Shown: positions 38,862 through 47,170, counted from the stretch's first letter. The stretch is DNA of 56,802 bases from Terriglobales bacterium (GCA_050012915.1 JBEKGG010000001.1:1-56802), one strand, 5' to 3'. Notes: generated by a model from the sequence alone, not told the origin. Numbers and translations: made by a program.

Positions 38862-40370
38862 ATGACTCTCAAGTCAGTCCAGACACTTCTCGACGTTTTG
38901 CACTTTGCGGACGGTCGCGCGGCGGTTATTGTTCCAGAGCTTGGAGTCCCCATCACCTACGATTCGCTTCGCCAGCAAGTCTGGGCCATGGCCAACGCTT
39001 TGGCTTCCATCGGCATTCGTCGCGGCGATACGGTTGCGATCGCGCTGCCGAACGGATTGCCTGCTCTGGTGAGTTTTCTAGCTGCGTCTATCGCTGGAAC
39101 CGCGGCCCCGTTGAACCCGGCGTACCCGTATGAGGAGTTTCATTTTTTTCTCGGCGACACCGGCGCGCGTATTTTGCTTTGTCCGCCGGTAGGGGCGGAG
39201 TTTGTGCGCGCCGCGGCGGCCGACCGCAAGATCCCGGTATTTTCGGTCGAAATGAATGAGCAGGGAAATGTTCACATAGCGAATGCTCCGACTGGAGCCA
39301 CGGCAACCGAGCCCACGGCCGACGACATTGCCCTGATCCTGCACACCAGCGGCAGCACGGGCCGGCCCAAGCGTGTGCCCTTGCGGCATTTCAATCTCGC
39401 CGTATCGTCGGCGAATATCGCGAACACATACACTCTTTCGGAAGACGATGTTTCACTTTGCATCATGCCGCTGTTCCACATCCACGGATTGATTGGATCG
39501 GCCATGGCCACTCTGCTCTCCGGAGGAACCGTGGTGATTCCCAGCAAGTTCAATGCGCTTTCTTTTTGGCGTACGATTCGCGAACATCGCGTAACCTGGT
39601 ATTCGGGCGTGCCCACCATGCATCAGCTTCTGCTGGCGAGGACGCACGACAAACCGGTCGAAGCAGAATCCTTGCGTTTTATCCGCTCTTGCAGCGCGCC
39701 GCTATCGGCGCAACTTATTGGCAAGATCGAGGATTTGTTTGGCGTACCCTTCGTCGAAGCCTACGGAATGACCGAAGCTGCTCACCAGATGACCTCGAAT
39801 CCATTGCCTCCGCGACACCGCAAGGCCGGGTCTGTCGGCGTGAGTACGGGGCTGCGCATTAGCATCATGGACAAGGAGGGCAATCACCTCGCCACCAATC
39901 AGCGGGGAGAAGTTGCCATTCAGGGAGCGAACGTATTCCGCGGATACGAAAATAATCCTGAAGCCAACGCCCGTGCGTTTGTGAATGGATGGTTTCGTAC
40001 CGGTGACGAAGGATTCCTCGACGCAGACTGCTATTTGCATTTGACCGGTCGAATTAAGGACATCATCATTCGTGGGGGCGAGAACATTGCGCCGCATGAA
40101 GTCGACGAGATTTTGCTTAGGCATCCCGCGGTCGCGGCGGTAGTCACCTTCGGTTGCGCGCATCCGACGCTGGGCGAAGAGGTGGCCGCGGCTGTGGTTC
40201 TGCACGAACCCAACGGATCGAGCGAATCGGCGCTGATCGAGCATTGCCGCGAATCGCTGGCGGAATATAAATGTCCAACCAAGATTTATCTGGTGGAAAG
40301 CATTCCCACCACTGCGACGGGAAAAATTCGCCGTCGCGCCGTCGCCTCCGCCCTCGCGGATCGGCCATGA
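38862..40370 (+). CDS. ANL-superfamily acyl-CoA synthetase, closest by eye to AAE3/Pcs60-type oxalate-CoA ligases
   Basis: The AMP-binding motif LHTSGSTGRPKRV is present. Several blocks match my recollection of Arabidopsis AAE3: LRFIRSCSAPL, EAYGMTEAAHQMTSNPLP, GYENNPEAN, GWFRTGDEG and YLHLTGRIKDIIIRGGENI. Superfamily membership is certain. The substrate assignment is inference. Confidence 0.6.
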   Translation: MTLKSVQTLLDVLHFADGRAAVIVPELGVPITYDSLRQQVWAMANALASIGIRRGDTVAIALPNGLPALVSFLAASIAGTAAPLNPAYPYEEFHFFLGDTGARILLCPPVGAEFVRAAAADRKIPVFSVEMNEQGNVHIANAPTGATATEPTADDIALILHTSGSTGRPKRVPLRHFNLAVSSANIANTYTLSEDDVSLCIMPLFHIHGLIGSAMATLLSGGTVVIPSKFNALSFWRTIREHRVTWYSGVPTMHQLLLARTHDKPVEAESLRFIRSCSAPLSAQLIGKIEDLFGVPFVEAYGMTEAAHQMTSNPLPPRHRKAGSVGVSTGLRISIMDKEGNHLATNQRGEVAIQGANVFRGYENNPEANARAFVNGWFRTGDEGFLDADCYLHLTGRIKDIIIRGGENIAPHEVDEILLRHPAVAAVVTFGCAHPTLGEEVAAAVVLHEPNGSSESALIEHCRESLAEYKCPTKIYLVESIPTTATGKIRRRAVASALADRP

Positions 40371-41350
40371 GATTTCTGATCGCGGGAGCCGGAGCGATCG
40401 GAGCTTATATCGGCGCTCGCATGGCCCAGGCCGGATTCGATGTCACCCTCTTTGCCCGCGGCCCACACCTTCGCGCCATGCAGGAACACGGTGTGCAGGT
40501 GAAGAGCGGCGAGGGAGATTTCATCGCCCGCCCCAAAATCGCAAGCGCCCTCGCGGATGTGGGCCCGGTCGACGTTGTTTTTCTTGGCGTAAAAGCGCAC
40601 AGCCTGCCGCAACTCGCTCCGCAATTGCATCCCGTACTGGGGCCCGACACTTCAGTTGTCAGCACGCAGAATGGAATTCCGTGGTGGTACTTCCAGGGTT
40701 TCGGCGGCGAATGGGAAGGATTGCGTCTCGAGCGCGTCGATCCGGGAGGCGTTATATCGTCGGCCATCGAAGCGCCCCGGGTAATTGGATCGATAGTGTA
40801 CTTTGCCACCGAAATTACCGCGCCCGGGGTGGTTCAGCACATCGAGGGGAATCGCATTACTCTTGGTGAGCCCGACGGCACGCGGTCTCATCGTTCCCGC
40901 CAAATTGCAGAAGCGCTGATCGCCGCTGGTTTACGCTGCCCGGTCACGGCTCGAATCCGGCACGACATTTTGGTCAAGATTCTGGGCAACGCCTCCTTGA
41001 ATCCTGTGAGCGCGCTGACGCGAGCTACGGTTGCTGAGATGCTTCGCGATCCGGGCGTTCGCGTCGTGATTCGAAACATCATGGAGGAAGTGGAAGCGGT
41101 CTCCGGTAACTTGGGGATGGAGTTGCCTGTTTCGATCGATCAACGAATTGCGGGCGCGGAAAAAGTTGGCCAGCACAAAACCTCCATGCTGCAGGATCTA
41201 GAGGCCGGCCGCTCGATGGAGTTGGAAGCGCTGGTTGGCGCGGTCGTGGAGCTCGGCGAACGCATGGGTCTCCCAATGCCCATCACTCGAACCGTGTACA
41301 GTTGCGCAAAGCTATTAGCGGAGACTGAGGCTAAGCAACTGGCAAAATAA
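40367..41350 (+). CDS. 2-dehydropantoate 2-reductase (ApbA/PanE) family oxidoreductase, candidate oxalyl-CoA reductase
   Basis: MRFLIAGAGAIGAYIG Rossmann start and a TSMLQDLEAGRSMELEALVGAVV C-terminal KPR-family block. ATGA start/stop overlap with the CoA ligase gene. The track ORF's N-terminal extension from 40271 is rejected. Confidence 0.75.
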   Translation: MRFLIAGAGAIGAYIGARMAQAGFDVTLFARGPHLRAMQEHGVQVKSGEGDFIARPKIASALADVGPVDVVFLGVKAHSLPQLAPQLHPVLGPDTSVVSTQNGIPWWYFQGFGGEWEGLRLERVDPGGVISSAIEAPRVIGSIVYFATEITAPGVVQHIEGNRITLGEPDGTRSHRSRQIAEALIAAGLRCPVTARIRHDILVKILGNASLNPVSALTRATVAEMLRDPGVRVVIRNIMEEVEAVSGNLGMELPVSIDQRIAGAEKVGQHKTSMLQDLEAGRSMELEALVGAVVELGERMGLPMPITRTVYSCAKLLAETEAKQLAK

Positions 41351-41419
41351 GCATAGCTTTCTCCACAGCGGCAAAAGAACGTGGATCGAGTTTCCCCATC
41401 TCCCAAGAAAAATAAAGGG

Positions 41420-41450
41420 TTGACAATAGATAGGACACCGGGCGTATACT
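41420..41450 (+). promoter_or_regulatory. Sigma-70-like promoter (TTGACA-N19-TATACT) upstream of the GntR-family gene
   Basis: Perfect -35 hexamer at 41420-41425 and a near-consensus -10 at 41445-41450. The 19 nt spacer is longer than optimal. Confidence 0.3.
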
Positions 41451-41462
41451 TCGTGCGGTGGC

Positions 41463-41481
41463 TGGTCCACTTATCGGACCA
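41463..41481. promoter_or_regulatory. Inverted repeat TGGTCC-N7-GGACCA, candidate GntR/FadR-type operator
   Basis: Perfect 6+6 inverted repeat between the putative -10 and the ATG (41489) of the FCD-GntR regulator. It fits the generic GntR-family operator logic (GT...AC palindromes). Confidence 0.3.
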
Positions 41482-41488
41482 CTTGAAC

Positions 41489-42199
41489 ATGGCGCTTGCC
41501 AGGACCAAACCGGACTTCGAAGTAATCCGAAGAAACAAGGTCTATGAGGAAGTCGCTCAGCAGATCGAGCGTCTTATTCTGAAAAAATTGCGCCCGGGCG
41601 ACAAACTACCGTCGGAACGGGAACTGGCTGAAATGTTAAAGGTGAGCCGCAGCTCCATCCGGGACGCGATCCGCGGGCTGGAGTTGAGGGGCCTGGTTGA
41701 GCCGCGCCAGGGAGCCGGGACAATCGTTCGCGAGCCGTCATCTGAGCCGTTGGTGAATCCTTTTGCCAACGCGCTGAAGCGCCGGCAGGAGATGGTCAGC
41801 GAGCTTTTGGATTTTCGCAAAATGCTTGAGCCGCCGTTAGCAGCGCGTGCGGCCACGCATGCTTCCGCCGATGAAATTTCTGAGATGGAAGAAATTCTGC
41901 GACGTCAAGAGGAGAAGCAGGCTCAAGGCGAGGCCGCTGTCGCTGAGGATGCAGAATTCCATTACAACATTGCTCTGGCTTCGGGGAATGGCGTGGTGCT
42001 GAAAGTGCTCGACATCATCATGGACCTGCTGCGAGAAACGCGAGAGCGTTCGCTGCAGTTGGATGGTCGGCCACAAAAATCGCTGGCCGGACACCGGCGC
42101 ATCCTGGCCGCAATCAAACGCCACGATGGCGAAGCGGCAAAGGCGGCGATGCGACGCCACATTGAGGATGTAGAAGAGATCGTACTTGACAGGTTTTAA
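41489..42199 (+). CDS. GntR-family transcriptional regulator, FadR/FCD subfamily (GlcC/LldR/PdhR-like)
   Basis: N-terminal winged HTH (KLPSERELAEMLKVSRSSIRDAIRGLELRGLVE) and a C-terminal FCD-type helical domain (EFHYNIALASGN...HRRILAAIKRHD). The ATG at 41489 is preferred over the track start at 41381. Confidence 0.85.
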   Translation: MALARTKPDFEVIRRNKVYEEVAQQIERLILKKLRPGDKLPSERELAEMLKVSRSSIRDAIRGLELRGLVEPRQGAGTIVREPSSEPLVNPFANALKRRQEMVSELLDFRKMLEPPLAARAATHASADEISEMEEILRRQEEKQAQGEAAVAEDAEFHYNIALASGNGVVLKVLDIIMDLLRETRERSLQLDGRPQKSLAGHRRILAAIKRHDGEAAKAAMRRHIEDVEEIVLDRF

Positions 42200-42340
42200 C
42201 TCACTCCGAAATCTTGCAGTGGGTCGGCCATTCGCGATTTGCGCGGCGTGGGGGAAGCCAATCGCCGCCTTGAATATCGCGTTATTTGTGCCAATGCTTA
42301 AAGGTGGGCCATAACACTCACCAATCTGGGGACGATCAGT

Positions 42341-44659
42341 TTGACTAAGCTGGCGAATGACACGACCCGTGTGGCCGTCGCGCCTCGCGATGCAGGTGAC
42401 GCGGATCAATCCAAGGCAAAACTGTTCGATGGAATCCAGGGCCAGGAACAGGTCGCAAATCGCGCCGTGTCAGAAATCTCTCCATTACCTCTCGGTCTAA
42501 CTCTTACACTTCGTGTTGCTGAGGCGCGCGTCGAGGACGTTGGCCACGCGATTGCGCGACTGGCGCCAGCCGACTTGCAGCGTATTGGTGTTCGGGCCGG
42601 CGACGTGATCAAGATCAGCGGCGGTGCCGTTGGCGTTGCACGCGCTGAGCTTTCGGATGATGGATACGAAGGCATGATCCAGATCGACGGGACATGCCGC
42701 AGCAATTGTAGTGCGGGCCTGCAAGAGCAAGTGACGGTAGCCAGAATTGATAGCGAGCAAGCGGTCGCCGTTCGCCTCTCACCGCTGTGGGTGGGGGCTG
42801 CGCCAGCGACCATCGCGCCTGATCGAATGCTGGAGGATCTGATCGGCGTTCCGGTGATCGCGGGTTGCGTGGTGCGTGTGCCGACCTTTGCCAAGGCGGT
42901 GAACTTCCAGGTTGTGCGGACGATTCCTTCGGGACCGGTTGTGATCGGGAAACGTACCGACATCCGGGTTGTGGAAGGCGAGCAGACGGCAGCCCGGGCT
43001 CCGGCGGTTTCCTACGAAGACATCGGCGGCCTGGAGCGCGAAGTCGCGCGAGTGCGTGAAATGGTCGAACTGCCGCTGAAGTATTCGCGCATTTTCGAGC
43101 GGCTGGGAATTTTGGCGCCCAAAGGCGTGCTCTTGTACGGCCCGCCGGGCACGGGTAAGACTCTGCTTGCCCGCGCGGTCGCGGCGGAGAGCCGCGTGCA
43201 CTTTATTCACCTCAATGGCCCCGAGATCATGCGGAAGTTCTACGGCGAAAGCGAAGCCAAGCTCCGCGAAGTTTTCGAAGAAGCGGCACGCCACGCGCCG
43301 GCGATCTTGTTCATCGATGAAATCGACGCTGTTGCCCCCAAGCGCACTGAGGTGGTCGGTGAAGTGGAGAAGCGGGTCGTGGCACAGCTTCTCAGCTTAA
43401 TGGATGGTTTCGTCGCGCGCGGCCAAGTGATCGTCATCGGCGCGACCAACATCCCGGAAGTTCTCGATCCTGCGCTGCGCCGCCCCGGGCGTTTTGATCG
43501 CGAAATTGAAATCGGCGTTCCCAACACGCAAGCGCGGTTGCAGATTCTCAGAATTCACACGCGAGCCATGCCGCTGGCGGCGGACGTCGATCTTCAGGAA
43601 ATCGCCGATCATTCGCACGGCTTTGTTGGCGCCGATCTCGAGGCGCTGGGACAGGAAGTCGGAATGATCTCGCTTCGCCGTTTCCTCTCGATGGTCCCGC
43701 TCGATGCTGACGGCGCTTCATCTCCCGACCTGGGTTCGCTGCAAGTTACGCGTGATGACTTTCTCGCAGGGTTGAAGGAGGTCGAGCCCAGCGCCACTCG
43801 CGAGTTCTTTATCGAGAAAAGCGCGTCGACGTTTGCATCGCTCGGAGGTCTCGATGAAGTAAAGCGGTTGCTCCACGCTGTAATTGAGCACTCGCATATG
43901 CGCGACGAGATTTATGAGCAGGTTGGGTTGGCCCCGCCGCGAGGCATTCTTCTAACCGGGCCGTCGGGCACCGGGAAGACTGCGATGGCCCGCGCACTAT
44001 CGGGAGAAATGCAGCTGCCGCTCATCGCCATTGAAGGCCCGCAACTGTACTCGAAGTGGTTGGGCGAATCTGAGCGAGCGCTGCGAGAAGTTTTCAAGAA
44101 GGCACGACGTGCCGCGCCTTGCATCCTGTTCTTCGACACTATTGATGCGATTGCGCCCAAGTTCGGCGCTGATCAGTTCGGCAGCGATGTGTATCAGAGA
44201 ATTCTCAGCCAGCTCTTGCGTGAGATCGACAATTTGCGCGACGTTAAAGGTGTAATTCTGCTCGCGGCCACCAATCGTCCTGAACGGATCGAGCCGGCGC
44301 TGTTGCGGAGCGGGCGCTTCGACTATATACTCCCGTTCGCTAAACCCGATGCTGCCGAGCGCGAAGCGATTATGCGGCTTTGCTGCCGGCGGGTACCCAT
44401 GGCAGCCGATATGGATTTCGAGCAGTTCGCTGGTCGGACGGAAGGATTTACCGGTGCCGATATTGAGAGCCTGTGCAAGAAAGCCACGTTGTTGGCGATT
44501 GCGAAATATCAGGATGGCTCTCGCGTCGCGCCTTTCGTTGTCCTGGCAAACGATTTTCTGTCGGTTCTTCAGTCGGATCGTGGAAGTCCCGAGCAATCGA
44601 AAACAGCGAACGTGAACAACCACGCCGAGGGTACCTGCCCCGACGCGACTACGAAGTGA
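42341..44659 (+). CDS. Cdc48/VAT/p97-like double-AAA+ ATPase with N-terminal double-psi-barrel substrate-recognition domain
   Basis: The N-domain (LRVAEARVEDVGHAIARLAPADLQRIGVRAGDVIKISG) is Cdc48-N-like. D1 has GPPGTGKT, ILFIDEID and pore loop KFYGESE. D2 has GPSGTGKT, ILFFDTID and pore loop KWLGESE. The TTG start at 42341 is uncertain. Confidence 0.85.
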   Translation: MTKLANDTTRVAVAPRDAGDADQSKAKLFDGIQGQEQVANRAVSEISPLPLGLTLTLRVAEARVEDVGHAIARLAPADLQRIGVRAGDVIKISGGAVGVARAELSDDGYEGMIQIDGTCRSNCSAGLQEQVTVARIDSEQAVAVRLSPLWVGAAPATIAPDRMLEDLIGVPVIAGCVVRVPTFAKAVNFQVVRTIPSGPVVIGKRTDIRVVEGEQTAARAPAVSYEDIGGLEREVARVREMVELPLKYSRIFERLGILAPKGVLLYGPPGTGKTLLARAVAAESRVHFIHLNGPEIMRKFYGESEAKLREVFEEAARHAPAILFIDEIDAVAPKRTEVVGEVEKRVVAQLLSLMDGFVARGQVIVIGATNIPEVLDPALRRPGRFDREIEIGVPNTQARLQILRIHTRAMPLAADVDLQEIADHSHGFVGADLEALGQEVGMISLRRFLSMVPLDADGASSPDLGSLQVTRDDFLAGLKEVEPSATREFFIEKSASTFASLGGLDEVKRLLHAVIEHSHMRDEIYEQVGLAPPRGILLTGPSGTGKTAMARALSGEMQLPLIAIEGPQLYSKWLGESERALREVFKKARRAAPCILFFDTIDAIAPKFGADQFGSDVYQRILSQLLREIDNLRDVKGVILLAATNRPERIEPALLRSGRFDYILPFAKPDAAEREAIMRLCCRRVPMAADMDFEQFAGRTEGFTGADIESLCKKATLLAIAKYQDGSRVAPFVVLANDFLSVLQSDRGSPEQSKTANVNNHAEGTCPDATTK

Positions 44660-44675
44660 TGAACGAGGTTTAATC

Positions 44676-45323
44676 ATGAGCTACAGCGAACTTACGGTTT
44701 GGACGCGCGGCATCATCATGGATAAAGAAGGCCGCGATATCGTCAACTCCATTTCCGCTTCCGCCCGCATCGAAGGCAAGTACGCGCAGGCGATGGAGAA
44801 TTACGTCGACAATCCCGATCGCACCAACGCTCCCACGAGAAAATACTGCCGGGTTAGCGATAGCGTGCTCGAAAATGAACTCACATACGAAAACGAACAT
44901 CCCAACATTGTCGTTCTGGTTGAAGGCACGATGGTTAAGGGTTGGGATTACATGCGGGGCATGCCTCCCGGCGGCACGCTAGTGATCAACACGCATTACA
45001 CGCCGGATTACATGATTCGTTTTGTTCCGGGTGCCGAGCGCCTGGCGCAACTGGTGTGCGTTGACGCCGCGAAACTGGCCGACCATAAGTGGCTTTACTA
45101 TCGGCTGGGCGAACTCGGACTCGATCGTCTTTCCACCGAGGGCGCTGCCGAGCGAAACAAATCCATCGCGCCCGACATCGCCGCTCCGTTGATTGCCGCG
45201 GTGGTCAAAACCACGAGCATCGTAAAAATGGAAACGATCGAGCCGATGATTGCCAACAAACACGCATTTCACGCGGCGCTCAACGAATTGCACATCATGT
45301 CACTGAATCCAGTGGCCGTATAA
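44676..45323 (+). CDS. 2-oxoacid:acceptor oxidoreductase gamma-subunit homologue (divergent)
   Basis: Colinear by eye with PorG-type gamma subunits (EGKYAQA, RVSDS..., PNIVVLVEG, GGTLVINT, VCVDAAKLA, IAAPLIAAVVKTTSIV). The usual N-terminal GRGGQG-type glycine motif is replaced by TRGIIMDKEGRD. The gene starts 16 nt after the AAA+ gene stop. Confidence 0.6.
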   Translation: MSYSELTVWTRGIIMDKEGRDIVNSISASARIEGKYAQAMENYVDNPDRTNAPTRKYCRVSDSVLENELTYENEHPNIVVLVEGTMVKGWDYMRGMPPGGTLVINTHYTPDYMIRFVPGAERLAQLVCVDAAKLADHKWLYYRLGELGLDRLSTEGAAERNKSIAPDIAAPLIAAVVKTTSIVKMETIEPMIANKHAFHAALNELHIMSLNPVAV

Positions 45324-45337
45324 GGGAAGGATTTTTC

Positions 45338-47170
45338 ATGTCGACCAAAGGCACGCACATACCCGAATGGCTTACGGTTCCGTTTGCCGGGATCACTCCC
45401 GCGCCCTCGCAGGAAAAGGGGCAGGACCTGTTTCCCACTGGCAATTGGCGCTCAATCCGGCCGGTGTATCGAGACAAATTGCCACCCTGCAACAACGCTT
45501 GCGGAACCAATGAAAAGATTCAGGGGTATCTCGATCTGGTGAAGCGCGGCAAGTATCTGGACGCTTACGCGCTCATCAAGGAAGACATGCCGTTCCCGTC
45601 GGTCACTGGCCGCGTGTGTTATCACCCGTGCGAACAAGCCTGCAATCGCGGAAAGTACGATGAAGCGATCTCCATTCGCGCCGTCGAACGCTTTCTCGGC
45701 GATCTGGGACAGGCGTTGAAACACGACGTGGTAAAAGCTGGAGCGCCGAACGGAAAGAAAGTCGCCGTCGTCGGTTCTGGTCCAGCCGGGCACAGCGCGG
45801 CTTACCAACTTGCGCGCCTCGGCTATCAAGTAACGATTTTTGAGAAATCACCCAAGGCGGGCGGTTTGAATCGTGGGGGTATCCCGGACTGGGTGCTTCC
45901 CGCTGACGTGCTTGATCGCGAGATCGAGCGCCTGGTTGAACTCGGGATCACAATTAAGACCAATGTCGAAGTCGGCAAGGACGTCACTTGGGACGAACTC
46001 AAAAAGAACTACGATGCTTGCGTGCTGGCCGTGGGTCTCACCGAGCCGAACAGCGTGCGCGCCGAAGGAGAGAACAAAGACGGCGTGCTCTACGGTCTTC
46101 CGTTCCTTCGCGACATCGGCATGGGATCATCGAAAGTGAAGCTGGGAGCCCGTGTGGCCGTAATCGGCGGCGGAAACACTGCCATCGATTGCGCCCGTGA
46201 AGCCCTGCGCCAAGGCGCGGTGGAAGTAACCATGATCACCGTGGAAGCCAATCCGCAAGAGATGCCCGCCTCCCCGGAAGATCTGCACGACATGCTCGAA
46301 GAAGGCGTGGAACTGTTCCACGGGCGCGCTGTAACCGCGGTGCTTGGCAACGGCAAAATTGAGGCTCTGCAATTGCATCCGGCGCGTTTTTCTGGCGCCA
46401 TCAATGCCTCACCGATTACTGTCGATCGAGAAGCCTCGCCCGAACGTTTCGAAGTCGACAACGTGATCATCGCAGTTGGACAGCACGCCGCGCTCAAGTG
46501 GTTGCCGGACGAATTCAAGACTGAGCGCGGCACCATCAAGATTGACCGCTTCGGACGCCTGGGTGAGACGAACTTTTTTGCCGCCGGCGACATCGTGCAA
46601 CTCGGTTCCGGTCAGCCGCTGATGGTGGTGAATGCCGTTGGCGACGGCAAGCGTGTGGCTTTCAATCTGGACAAAGTGGTGCGTGGCGAACCGTTGCAGT
46701 CACGGACGATTCCCATCGACGTCATTGTCGATTTGGATCGCATGAACATGACATATTTCCCGCACTTCCCCCGCGTGCAGCAAACTTTGCTGGCGCCGAC
46801 AAGCCGGCGCAAAACGCAGGACGAAGTGATTCAATCGCTCTCGGAAGAGCAGGCCGTTGAAGAAGCTAGCCGCTGTTTTAGTTGCGGTACCTGCAACGCT
46901 TGCGACAACTGTTATCTCGTCTGTCCTGAGCCGTGTATCGCGCGGCCGGAACGTTCGAACGGTCTTTACAAAATTCTGGTCGATTACTGCAAAGGTTGCC
47001 GCGTCTGCATTGAGGAATGTCCGACGGGCTGCCTCGAAGGTGTGCCGGAACTCGACTTCGATACCGGCGTGGTGCGAATGGATACTGCGTTCGCCATCTC
47101 GCCCGGGCTGCATGGGCGGCAAGCGGCGGAGTTGAGGAACCTCGCGGAGCGTCCGGCGAAGAACATTTAA
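45338..47170 (+). CDS. Fusion protein: OFOR delta-subunit (2x[4Fe-4S] ferredoxin) interrupted by a GltD/SudA-like NAD(P)H-FAD-FeS oxidoreductase module
   Basis: - Start: ATG at 45338 with GGGAAGGA upstream.
- N-terminus: TGNWRSIRPVYRDK resembles the TGxWR..P motif of PorD.
- Middle: GltD-like Cys cluster region (GRVCYHPCEQACNRG) and dinucleotide folds (KKVAVVGSGPAGHSAAYQLARLGYQVTIFEK and RVAVIGGGNTAIDCA).
- C-terminus: CFSCGTCNACDNCYLVCPEP and DYCKGCRVCIEECPTGC, typical of PorD. Confidence 0.75.
   Translation: MSTKGTHIPEWLTVPFAGITPAPSQEKGQDLFPTGNWRSIRPVYRDKLPPCNNACGTNEKIQGYLDLVKRGKYLDAYALIKEDMPFPSVTGRVCYHPCEQACNRGKYDEAISIRAVERFLGDLGQALKHDVVKAGAPNGKKVAVVGSGPAGHSAAYQLARLGYQVTIFEKSPKAGGLNRGGIPDWVLPADVLDREIERLVELGITIKTNVEVGKDVTWDELKKNYDACVLAVGLTEPNSVRAEGENKDGVLYGLPFLRDIGMGSSKVKLGARVAVIGGGNTAIDCAREALRQGAVEVTMITVEANPQEMPASPEDLHDMLEEGVELFHGRAVTAVLGNGKIEALQLHPARFSGAINASPITVDREASPERFEVDNVIIAVGQHAALKWLPDEFKTERGTIKIDRFGRLGETNFFAAGDIVQLGSGQPLMVVNAVGDGKRVAFNLDKVVRGEPLQSRTIPIDVIVDLDRMNMTYFPHFPRVQQTLLAPTSRRKTQDEVIQSLSEEQAVEEASRCFSCGTCNACDNCYLVCPEPCIARPERSNGLYKILVDYCKGCRVCIEECPTGCLEGVPELDFDTGVVRMDTAFAISPGLHGRQAAELRNLAERPAKNI

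Noticed and set aside
40271-40366. N-terminal extensions of track ORFs, for example 40271 for the PanE-like gene. The same applies to 41381 (GntR), 45089 (GltD-ferredoxin), 49384 (133-aa protein), 16573 (sigma-54 activator), 35229 (porin), 2433 (Rieske) and 4795 (coxC).
   Set aside because: In each case an internal start has a Shine-Dalgarno sequence and/or an ATGA overlap with the upstream gene. The internal start also coincides with the beginning of family homology or a signal peptide. The extensions overlap upstream genes in other frames.
43997-44677. 226-aa ORF antisense to the D2 ring of the AAA+ gene. The same applies to 42779-43294, 42406-42963, 46700-47383 and 48929-49489, which are antisense to AAA+/OFOR genes.
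   Set aside because: All overlap strongly supported sense-strand genes, and their translations are low-complexity and Arg-rich.
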